Shown: in pieces, positions 9,622-16,967 of the stretch
Numbering within the stretch: the first letter of the stretch is position 1
Layout: each line of letters begins with the position of its first letter
Source: a bacterium
GTDB lineage: Bacteria; Omnitrophota; Gorgyraeia; Zapsychrales; Fredricksoniimonadaceae
Direction: 5' to 3'
DNA: 43,505 nucleotides
Assembly (NCBI GenBank): GCA_021783915.1
Contig: JAJXTI010000004.1
Coordinates: forward strand, 1-43,505
Program-made: the position numbers and the translations under genes
Notes under the pieces: generated by a model
Told to the model about the DNA's origin: nothing
Databases searched by the model: none
Seen by the model: the letters and a program-made list of their open reading frames with translations, nothing else

Positions 9622-11028
9622 ATGGATTTTTATTACGCAAGACATAAGGATTTAAATTTTCTTAATCCGGAATCACATAAGATATTCCGAAAATTAGTGG
9701 AAGATATTAAAGTAGGGATTTTTATGGCGGATACGCTGGGGAAACTTTTTTATGTCAATAGGGCCTTTGCCGATATGTTTGAATTACAAAGCTGTTCGGA
9801 AGCGTTAGGTAAAGAATGGGGAAACCTTTGTTTTTTTGACCATCATCGACGGGATCAATTCTTTGCCGAATTCGATAGTCTGGGGGTAGTCAGGGACTTT
9901 GAAATTATATGCGGGTATAACACTCATTTATTGATCACTGCCAACCAAATCTACACTGATCAGGGGGAGAGAATCGGAATTTATGGTTCCATGGTAGACA
10001 TCTCAGACCAGCGTAAGTTGGAAGAAGATTTATTGATTAAAAACAAGAAACTTGAGCAGATTTTGAGTTTTTGCAACACCCTGGGTGATATTTTCCAGAT
10101 TGAAGAACTTACCAAGTTTATTGTCCACCAAACAGCAGAAATTCTTGATGCGAAGCGTTGCTCGCTCATGTTTGTTGATGCCGCATCCAATGAACTATAC
10201 GTCAATGCTTCTTGCGGTTTATTGGATGAGATTCTTCCTAAAGCCAGGGTTCGCATCGGGGAACCGATCGCTGGGATCATTGCCCTACAAAATAAAGCGA
10301 TGTTGATTGAAGATATTGAAGAAAACGATTTGTTTAAGCGGCACAATAAAAAGATTTATACTCAGCATTCTTTTATGAGCGTTCCACTTTTTTATAATCA
10401 GAAGTTGACGGGGGTTCTCAATGTTTCGGAAAAGGAAGGGCCTTTTAATAGGATGGATTTGAAAGTCCTGGAAACGATTGCACAGCAAGCCGCCGTTAGT
10501 ATCAATAAAACCAAGGCGTTAACTACTTTTGAGCATCTTTCGCTGACAGATTTCATGACTGGTTTGTTCAACTATCGTAGTTTTCTTCAGAAAATAGAAG
10601 AAGAAACCGAGCGTGCTAAGCGTTATGGATCGCTTTTGAGCTTAATGATGATTGATGTGGATAATTTTAAAACATATAATGATACTCATGGCCATCCCGA
10701 GGGGGATAAGCTTTTAAGCAGGCTGGCGGAGATATTCAGAATTAATTTACGCTCCACAGAATTTATCTGCCGCTATGGAGGTGATGAATTCGCGATTATT
10801 TTTCCACAAACAGATGGGAAACAGGCTGTCTCTGCCGCGGAAAAAATACGTGAATTGGTGGCCAAAGAATTTTTAAAAGAGGAGATGATTTCCATTAGTG
10901 TCGGTGTGGCACAATTTCAAGCAGAATCCAGTAAAGAAATCCTTATCAAACAAGCGGACGAATCCCTTTATCAGTCCAAGAAGGCTGGACGAAACCGTGT
11001 TTCATTTTATTTTCCTAAAACAGAATGA
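9622..11028 (+). CDS. PAS/GAF-like sensor diguanylate cyclase (GGDEF domain)
   Basis: C-terminal GGDEF domain with intact RYGGDEF and D..NFK.YND.HGH. The I-site position reads RSTE rather than RxxD. The N-terminal half looks PAS-like then GAF-like (CSLMFVD...ELYV...). Confidence 0.9.
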   Translation: MDFYYARHKDLNFLNPESHKIFRKLVEDIKVGIFMADTLGKLFYVNRAFADMFELQSCSEALGKEWGNLCFFDHHRRDQFFAEFDSLGVVRDFEIICGYNTHLLITANQIYTDQGERIGIYGSMVDISDQRKLEEDLLIKNKKLEQILSFCNTLGDIFQIEELTKFIVHQTAEILDAKRCSLMFVDAASNELYVNASCGLLDEILPKARVRIGEPIAGIIALQNKAMLIEDIEENDLFKRHNKKIYTQHSFMSVPLFYNQKLTGVLNVSEKEGPFNRMDLKVLETIAQQAAVSINKTKALTTFEHLSLTDFMTGLFNYRSFLQKIEEETERAKRYGSLLSLMMIDVDNFKTYNDTHGHPEGDKLLSRLAEIFRINLRSTEFICRYGGDEFAIIFPQTDGKQAVSAAEKIRELVAKEFLKEEMISISVGVAQFQAESSKEILIKQADESLYQSKKAGRNRVSFYFPKTE

Positions 11029-11459
11029 AGGTTTTTAATACTTTGTTTTCTCCCGCTAGAGTTCAAAAATTAAGGTTTATATTCAGTTGCTTTTTCTTTG
11101 TCGTTGCAGGTACATTTATACTGTCATGCTCTAAACAGGACTCTGCGCCCCCTGTTCCTTCCACCAACCAAACGCAAATTATTGCGGGTGTTAAAGCAGG
11201 CAGATTTGCTTCCGGTCAATTAGAGGCACATTATATAAAACATGGATATCAGTTTGGCGATATCACTCAAGAAGATTATTTACTACAGGCGCAGGCTCTT
11301 TTAAACGCGTCACCGGGAGAAGATGTCTGGGAGAAAATCAGGCCTGATGGAGATGTGGAACATTATAGGCCCAGCACGGGTGAGTTCGCAGTCATGACAA
11401 AAACAGGAAAAATTCGCACATATTTTAAAGCTAACCAGAAATATTGGATGAGGCAATGA
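11025..11459 (+). CDS. Small predicted lipoprotein of unknown function (144 aa)
   Basis: ATGA overlap with the cyclase stop. Hydrophobic signal ending in the lipobox-like ILSC. The mature ~110 aa contain LEAHYIKHGYQFGDITQEDYLLQAQALL...IRTYF. Confidence 0.6.
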   Translation: MKVFNTLFSPARVQKLRFIFSCFFFVVAGTFILSCSKQDSAPPVPSTNQTQIIAGVKAGRFASGQLEAHYIKHGYQFGDITQEDYLLQAQALLNASPGEDVWEKIRPDGDVEHYRPSTGEFAVMTKTGKIRTYFKANQKYWMRQ

Positions 11460-11710
11460 ATAAGAAATATTTATGCCCGGTTTGTGGTTTTCATGGACTT
11501 AAAGAACCTCCTTATGGGCATGGCAATGAACCCTCTTATGAAGTTTGTCCTTGCTGCGGGTTTGAATTTGGCTTTGATGGGGGAAACACCGAGGAATATT
11601 TTAGTAAATTCCGTCAACGTTGGATTGAAGAAGGTACGCAATGGTTCATATTGAAGTCCAAACCGAAGAATTGGGATTATAAGAAGCAATTAAGGAATCT
11701 TAAGAAGTAG
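11456..11710 (+). CDS. Cysteine-rich CPCC-type zinc-ribbon protein (about 84 aa)
   Basis: CPVCGF...SYEVCPCCGFEFGFDG resembles the Cys_rich_CPCC pattern as I recall it. ATG 11456 overlaps the upstream stop (ATGA); an alternative ATG lies at 11444. Confidence 0.6.
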   Translation: MNKKYLCPVCGFHGLKEPPYGHGNEPSYEVCPCCGFEFGFDGGNTEEYFSKFRQRWIEEGTQWFILKSKPKNWDYKKQLRNLKK

Positions 11711-11735
11711 ATATTTATCATTTTTAAATACCTTT

Positions 11736-12674
11736 ATGAAATTTCTAACCAATATCAGTCTTTTTTTGTTTTTTTTATTTTTTGTCGATGGCCATTTAGT
11801 ATTGGCCAATCAAGAATTGGCCCTGCCACGCGTTGACCAAACTAAGGATATTGTTCAGTTAGTCCCCATTGAATACCGGAAAGGCGTCCTGCTTTCTTTT
11901 AAAAAATCATGGAGAAATATTTGGCAACTTATGCTGGCTATCCAGAATGTGAGTCCCCAAGAACGCGAGGGGATGGCATTTTTGATGGCCAATATGCCCC
12001 CAAAAGATTTGCGCGAATTAAAGGCTGATTTTTTAGTTGAGAATGTTCAATTAGCTTATCAGAGTTTGAACGAAGTTCCCTGGGGTAAAAATATTCCCAA
12101 AGAAATTTTCCTTAATGACGTTCTACCTTATGCAAGCATCAATGAGCGCCGAGATAACTGGCGCGTGGATTTTCATCAGAGGTTCATTAAAATCGCCCAT
12201 GGAAGCCAAGGCATAGACCAAGCGGTGAAGGTACTAAACAAATATGTATTTGATAATTTACAAGTGTCTTATAACGCGACCAAACGTCCTAAGCCCGACC
12301 AAAGCCCCTATGAATCGATACAGGCACATTATGCCTCTTGCACAGGGCTGTCGGTCTTGTTAATAGATGCTTTACGTTCCGTGGGGATTCCGGCCCGGTT
12401 GGCCGGTATTGCTTTATGGGCCGATGGAAGCGGCAATCATACATGGGTGGAAGTGTGGGATGGCAGATGGCGTTACATTGGGGCGGATGAACCAACGGAG
12501 TTAGACCATACCTGGTTTAGTCAGAAGGCCGCTTCGACAGACTCACTGCATCATATCTACGCGACAAGTTTTAAGAAAACAGGCCTGTTTTTCCCAATGA
12601 GATGGGCAAGACACCTGAAAACCGTTTCAGCTATAGATGTGACGAAGGACTATACTGGGCAAGGGAGAGTTTAA
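11736..12674 (+). CDS. Secreted transglutaminase-like cysteine protease superfamily protein
   Basis: N-terminal signal peptide. Core HYASCTGLSVLLIDALRSVGIPARL...GNHTWVEVWDGRWRYIGADEP supplies a Cys-His-Asp arrangement typical of the transglutaminase-like fold. Confidence 0.8.
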   Translation: MKFLTNISLFLFFLFFVDGHLVLANQELALPRVDQTKDIVQLVPIEYRKGVLLSFKKSWRNIWQLMLAIQNVSPQEREGMAFLMANMPPKDLRELKADFLVENVQLAYQSLNEVPWGKNIPKEIFLNDVLPYASINERRDNWRVDFHQRFIKIAHGSQGIDQAVKVLNKYVFDNLQVSYNATKRPKPDQSPYESIQAHYASCTGLSVLLIDALRSVGIPARLAGIALWADGSGNHTWVEVWDGRWRYIGADEPTELDHTWFSQKAASTDSLHHIYATSFKKTGLFFPMRWARHLKTVSAIDVTKDYTGQGRV

Positions 12675-12895
12675 CGTACTGAAAGGAATTTCGCCATCAG
12701 ACAAAATAAATTCAGGAAAACATGCATCATAATGGAAGGATAAATGGAACCGAAGCGGATATACATGATGCTTGAGATGATCTCGATACTAAAATAATAG
12801 GGGATAATCATCGGTGTCTGGTGGCCGCAAGCAAAAATGAGGGCTTGTATGACAATGGCCCAGAATACGTTTGAATAAGTATTTCGATAAAAACT
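12671..12895 (-). pseudogene. C-terminal remnant of a CPBP (CAAX/Abi) intramembrane protease
   Basis: Hand translation of the minus strand between stops gives SFYRNTYSNVFWAIVIQALIFACGHQTPMIIPYYFSIEIISSIMYIRFGSIYPSIMMHVFLNLFCLMAKFLSVR*. It carries the CPBP motif-2-like F..GH and motif-3 HxxxN (HVFLN). No usable start exists (first Met leaves 46 aa). An EYIRHFFGFQ stretch, possibly a degraded EExxFRG motif, lies just upstream in another frame. Confidence 0.5.
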
Positions 12896-12987
12896 TTATT
12901 GAAAGCGTTGTCTTGAAAACCAAAAAAATGTCGTATATACTCTTATCTGGATAACATCAAAGCTCTTTAGAATGTAAGTAAGAACGA

Positions 12988-13110
12988 AAAAGGTAAACCC
13001 ATCGTGAGATGGGGTCTCAGGCATTGTCAAAGCATTTCGTCTTGACTATGCCTGGTTAGGCGAAGCTTGAGCAAAGCCGTGGGTTCTTCATCAAGGACAA
13101 CCTGGTTACC
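12988..13110 (+). promoter_or_regulatory. Structured element with c-di-GMP-I (GEMM-I) riboswitch-like sequence blocks (tentative)
   Basis: GGTAAACCCATC-GTGA-GATGGGGTC is a 6-bp stem with a GNRA loop (12992-13016). A 12-bp interrupted hairpin spans 13018-13054. GCAAAGCC lies at 13071-13078 and GGTTACC at 13104-13110. Order and spelling recall the Vc2 riboswitch blocks GGCAAACC..GAAA..GGGAC / GCAAAGCC / GGUUACC. Confidence 0.25.
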
Positions 13111-13230
13111 AAAAATACACCTCGTCATTGTCTCTCTCCCCTATATATGGTAGCCTCGCTCCTTGATGAGCGGGCCTTCATTAAACCAGTTGCGAAATTC
13201 TTTCAGTCAAGGTATCTTATATCAATCACT

Positions 13231-13893
13231 ATGAAACCAAAAATCGCTTTAGTCATTACGGATCGGGAAACTAATACGCAAATCAAGTCTTCCCATGTTG
13301 ATTTGCTTGAGTTGAGAGTGGATTTGTTTAAGAAATGGCGTTTAGAACACATTCGTAAACAGATTTTCAACCGTCGTAAATTGAAACTGCCTTTACTGTT
13401 GACTGTACGTAATCAAAAGAAAGAAGGCGCCGCTATAGACTGGTCTGACGAACACAAACGTCAGATTTTGCATATGGCTTTGCCCTTAGTGGATATGGTC
13501 GATATCGAATTGAGCTCACCGCTATTAAAGGAAACTCTATCACAGGCTCGCCATTTAAAGAAAAAAACCATAGTATCTGTGCATGATTTTAACCATACCC
13601 CGCTTCATTTGGAGAATATTTTTAAGAAAGCCTTAAGCACAAGGGCTGATATCATCAAAATCGCAACTAAAGCTAATTCTTTTGATGATGTATTTCGTAT
13701 GATAGAGTTTACGCGTCAGCACCGCAAGTCTCCGTTAATCACACTTTCTATCGGAATCTTTGGAAGGATATCCCGATTGCTCCTTCCGGCAGCAGGTAGT
13801 TTATACACTTATACCTTTTTGCATAAACCCACGACCCCGGGGCAAATTGACCTCAAAAACCTCAAAGACCACCTGAAATTTTACTACCCATAG
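13231..13893 (+). CDS. aroD: 3-dehydroquinate dehydratase, type I
   Basis: KIALVITD..., SVHDFNHTP (catalytic His region) and DIIKIATKA (Schiff-base Lys region). ATG 13231 (MKPKIALV) is preferred over the track's 13147 extension, which has no family counterpart. Confidence 0.8.
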   Translation: MKPKIALVITDRETNTQIKSSHVDLLELRVDLFKKWRLEHIRKQIFNRRKLKLPLLLTVRNQKKEGAAIDWSDEHKRQILHMALPLVDMVDIELSSPLLKETLSQARHLKKKTIVSVHDFNHTPLHLENIFKKALSTRADIIKIATKANSFDDVFRMIEFTRQHRKSPLITLSIGIFGRISRLLLPAAGSLYTYTFLHKPTTPGQIDLKNLKDHLKFYYP

Positions 13894-13957
13894 TATATAA
13901 ATTATGGTAATATTTAAAATTCTTTGTGGCCCTTTAGGCAATACATGGAGATAATTT

Positions 13958-14031
13958 GGGCCCATAGCTCAGTCGGTTAGAGCAGGAGACTCATAATCTC
14001 TTGGTCCCTGGTTCGAGTCCAGGTGGGCCCA
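13958..14031 (+). tRNA. tRNA with CAT anticodon (Met by anticodon; resembles lysidine-type tRNA-Ile2)
   Basis: 74-nt cloverleaf: acceptor GGGCCCA/TGGGCCC, D arm GCTC..GAGC, anticodon stem GGAGA/TCTCT with loop CTCATAA, T arm CCTGG-TTCGAGT-CCAGG. The anticodon-arm context is close to E. coli ileX as I recall it. No encoded CCA. Confidence 0.9.
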
Positions 14032-14041
14032 CTTAAATTGC

Positions 14042-14115
14042 GGACTCATAGCTCAGCTGGTTAGAGCGTCGCCCTCACATGGCGAAGGCCGAAGGTTCGA
14101 GTCCTTCTGAGTCCA
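14042..14115 (+). tRNA. tRNA-Val (CAC)
   Basis: 74-nt cloverleaf: acceptor GGACTCA/TGAGTCC, anticodon stem TCGCC/GGCGA with loop CTCACAT, T arm GAAGG-TTCGAGT-CCTTC. No encoded CCA. Confidence 0.92.
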
Positions 14116-14124
14116 TTGATTAAT

Positions 14125-14850
14125 ATGACCATGACATCGATAAAAGATCAAATTAAGAAATTAGTTGAACTCCAAGCTATAGATATTGAGATTTATCATC
14201 TCAAGACTGATTTGTGCGATAAACCGGACGAAATTGAGGCACTCAGAGAGAATTTTGAGGCCAAAAAGGCTAGGTTGAAGCAATTAGAAGACCAATTAAA
14301 AGTCATTTTAGTTAAACAGAAAGAGTACGAGGTGGATCTTAAATCTAAAGAAGATACCATCGTTAAAGCTGATGGACAATTATCGCAACTTAAGACTAAT
14401 AAAGAATATCAGGCCAAATTGTTGGAAATAGAAAATATAAAAGCTGATAAATCTTTAATTGAGGAAAAAATTCTTTTAGGTTTTGATACGATTGATGCGG
14501 CACGTAAGGCGATAGAAACAGAAAAGACCGTTGTGTCCAATTATGAAAAAGAATTTCAGCTCAAGAAAAAAGAAATAGATGACATTATGGCGGTTTCGTC
14601 AGATCAGCTCAAAGTCAAAGAGTCTCAGCGTGCCCGTATAGCACCGGAGGTTCGTCCGGATATTTTAAGCCGCTATGATAGAATTTTGCAGCACAAGGAA
14701 GGATTGGCTATTGTTCCCGTTAAAAATCGTTCATGCGGGGGATGCTTTATGCATTTGACAGAACAGCTTATTAACCAGATTAAAATGCATGATGAATTTA
14801 TCACCTGCGATGTGTGCGCTAGAATCCTTTATCTTGAAGATGATCTGTGA
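14125..14850 (+). CDS. COG1579-type coiled-coil / C4 zinc-ribbon protein
   Basis: Long coiled-coil followed by C-terminal CGGC...CDVC. The ATG at 14125 lies 9 nt after the tRNA-Val 3' end; the track's TTG at 14116 abuts the tRNA. Confidence 0.75.
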   Translation: MTMTSIKDQIKKLVELQAIDIEIYHLKTDLCDKPDEIEALRENFEAKKARLKQLEDQLKVILVKQKEYEVDLKSKEDTIVKADGQLSQLKTNKEYQAKLLEIENIKADKSLIEEKILLGFDTIDAARKAIETEKTVVSNYEKEFQLKKKEIDDIMAVSSDQLKVKESQRARIAPEVRPDILSRYDRILQHKEGLAIVPVKNRSCGGCFMHLTEQLINQIKMHDEFITCDVCARILYLEDDL

Positions 14851-14917
14851 CCAACGGGAGTCTTAATCTGCGGGAAATCCTGAACGTTCTTGGATTTCTA
14901 TTTGAGGAAGTCGAAGG

Positions 14918-15370
14918 ATGAAGCTGGAGATATTCACCGATGGAGCTTGTTCAGGTAACCCAGGCCCAGCAGCCATCGGAGTGGTTATAAAAAGCCAAGG
15001 AAAAATAATTAAAGAAATCTCCCGTTTTATCGGAGATGCCACCAATAATATTGCCGAATATACAGCGTTGATCTGGGGGCTTCAGGAAGCCTTGGTGCTA
15101 AAGGCCGATGAAGTGTTGGTCAAAACTGATTCTGAACTGATGTATAAACAAATCCTCGGTGAATATAAGGTGAAACATGGGAATATTAAGCCTTTATTCG
15201 AACAAGTCGGGCATTTAGTCAATGGATTTAAACGGGTCGAATTTAAACAGGTACCTCGTGAACAAAATGGTGAGGCTGACAAACTCGCCCGTTCGGGTTT
15301 AAAAACAAGTCAAGATGGCCGCCCTGATGCCAAAGGTGTTGGGGAGGAAAGTCCGAGCTCCAAAGGATAA
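14918..15370 (+). CDS. rnhA: Ribonuclease HI
   Basis: IFTDGACSGNPGPAAIGVVI, NNIAEYTALIWGL, VKTDSELM and EQNGEADKLAR supply the DEDD catalytic pattern of type 1 RNase H. The last ~21 codons are encoded by the 5' part of rnpB. Confidence 0.88.
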   Translation: MKLEIFTDGACSGNPGPAAIGVVIKSQGKIIKEISRFIGDATNNIAEYTALIWGLQEALVLKADEVLVKTDSELMYKQILGEYKVKHGNIKPLFEQVGHLVNGFKRVEFKQVPREQNGEADKLARSGLKTSQDGRPDAKGVGEESPSSKG

Positions 15371-15634
15371 TGCATCCTGGTAATGCAGGACATAACTACC
15401 TTCCTAACCCCCGGGTGGGGAAGGTAATTATAGGATTAGAGTCACAGTGACGAAGCCCTTAACTGGGAGTGAAACGCGGCAATCTCTGCATGGAGCAATG
15501 CCAAATAGGGGAAGAGAGCTGATCCGGCTCGTTATGATTCTCGGGTAGGCTGCAAGATTTTGTCGCGTAAGCGACAAAGTTAGTCGAATGGCCATCCTCC
15601 GTCAAGGAGAACAGAACTCGGCTTATTGACTTTC
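15305..15634 (+). ncRNA. rnpB: RNase P RNA, bacterial type A
   Basis: Conserved blocks GGAGGAAAGTCCGAGCTCC (P4 5' strand), GGAGCAATGCCAAATAGGGG, CGGGTAGGCTGC and ACAGAACTCGGCTTAT (P4 3' strand). P1 is AAGTCAA (15307-15313) with TTGACTT (15626-15632). P2 is GATGGCC with GGCCATC. Confidence 0.92.
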
Positions 15635-15719
15635 GAATCCCGACAAAATGTCGGGACGATCCCTGTGTCAACTGACATAGGAGAATTTACAATCAGTTAT
15701 TTTTAGGAGGTTATTTACA

Positions 15720-16475
15720 ATGTCAGGTCATTCAAAATGGGCGAAGATTAAACATAAAAAAGGTGCGGAAGACGCCAAACGTGGGGCTGTATTTACCAAA
15801 ATTACTAAGGAAATTACTGCAGCCGCTAAAGATGGCGGTGGCAACCCGGATAGTAATATCCGTTTGCGTGCAGCCATGACCCGTGCCCGTGAAGCCAATA
15901 TGCCCCAGGGTAATGTCGAGAACGCCATAAAAAAAGGAACAGGAGAACTACCTGGTATTGTTTTTGAATCCGTCATGTTTGACGCCCGTGGTCCTGGGGG
16001 AGTTGCTATTATCATTGAAGGTTTAACGGACAATAAAAACCGTACAACTGCAGAAATTCGCAATATTTTAACCAAAAAAGGCGGCAGTATGAGCGGTGCA
16101 GGTTCTGCGGCCTTTATGTTCACGAAAAAAGGATATTTTGTTATTGAGAAAGCAAAGGCCAGTGAAGACGCTGTTATGGAAACGGTTTTGGATGCAGGAG
16201 CCGAAGACGTAAAAACCGATGAGGATACTTTTGAAGTGATTTGTGACCCCGTTGTTTTTGAGGCGGTTAAAAATGCTTTGGCCGCTAAAAAGATTGAAAC
16301 TTCCAGCGCAGAGGTGACGATGCTTCCTACCTCGACAGTCAAGGTCGAAGGTAATGATGTGAAGAATCTTTTGGGTCTCATGGAAGCCTTGGAAGAACAT
16401 GAAGATGTGCAGCATGTTCATGCGAATTTTGATATTTCCGAAGAGGATATGGCCAAAATAGCCGAAGAAGAATAA
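15720..16475 (+). CDS. yebC: YebC/PmpR-family transcriptional regulator
   Basis: MSGHSKWAKIKHKKGAEDAKRG..FTK is the canonical family N-terminus. RBS AGGAGG upstream. Confidence 0.97.
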   Translation: MSGHSKWAKIKHKKGAEDAKRGAVFTKITKEITAAAKDGGGNPDSNIRLRAAMTRAREANMPQGNVENAIKKGTGELPGIVFESVMFDARGPGGVAIIIEGLTDNKNRTTAEIRNILTKKGGSMSGAGSAAFMFTKKGYFVIEKAKASEDAVMETVLDAGAEDVKTDEDTFEVICDPVVFEAVKNALAAKKIETSSAEVTMLPTSTVKVEGNDVKNLLGLMEALEEHEDVQHVHANFDISEEDMAKIAEEE

Positions 16476-16478
16476 CCT

Positions 16479-16967
16479 ATGCGCATATTAGGCGTCGATC
16501 CTGGCCTTCGGGCCACTGGATTTGGGCTTGTGGAAGTAGTCAAAGCGGGAAGCATTAAGATTATCGACGCGGGAAGTATTGAACCTGACCCTAAAGCTTT
16601 ATTTGAAAACCGTATTGCCAAAGTCCATCATTTGCTCTCAGAGATTATTGATACGCACAAACCCCATGTGTTGGTGCTCGAAAAACTTTACGCTCACTAT
16701 AAACACCCTACCACCGCCTGTCTTTTGGGCCATGTGCGCGGGGTGATTTGTTTATTGGCGCATGAGCATAAAGTCCAGTTGACCGAAGCAAGTGTTAAAC
16801 GTATCCGCCAGGCATTGATCGGAAACGGTAACGCTACCAAAGAGCAGGTCCAGATGTTTGTTAAACGCCTTTTGAATATTGAGTCGGTAAAATTGAGTTT
16901 GGACACTTCTGATGCCTTAGCGTTGGCTTTAGGACACGCGCACATGCTTAAATTTAAATTGCTATGA
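16479..16967 (+). CDS. ruvC: Holliday junction resolvase RuvC
   Basis: MRILGVDPGLRATGFG..., VLVLEKLY..., SDALALAL.H. Confidence 0.95.
   Translation: MRILGVDPGLRATGFGLVEVVKAGSIKIIDAGSIEPDPKALFENRIAKVHHLLSEIIDTHKPHVLVLEKLYAHYKHPTTACLLGHVRGVICLLAHEHKVQLTEASVKRIRQALIGNGNATKEQVQMFVKRLLNIESVKLSLDTSDALALALGHAHMLKFKLL

Noticed and set aside
13147-13230. N-terminal extensions offered by the ORF track: aroD from 13147, tyrA from 21397, cmk from 22301, COG1579 from TTG 14116, lipoprotein from 25417
   Set aside because: The extensions overlap upstream genes or a tRNA and have no counterpart in the respective families. Internal ATGs give canonical N-termini or ATGA coupling.
15728-16381. 217-aa ORF antisense to yebC (and the 117-aa ORF at 16068-16421)
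   Set aside because: It lies entirely within, and opposite to, a strongly recognisable YebC gene. The low-complexity Ser/Ala/Pro-rich translation is typical of a shadow ORF.
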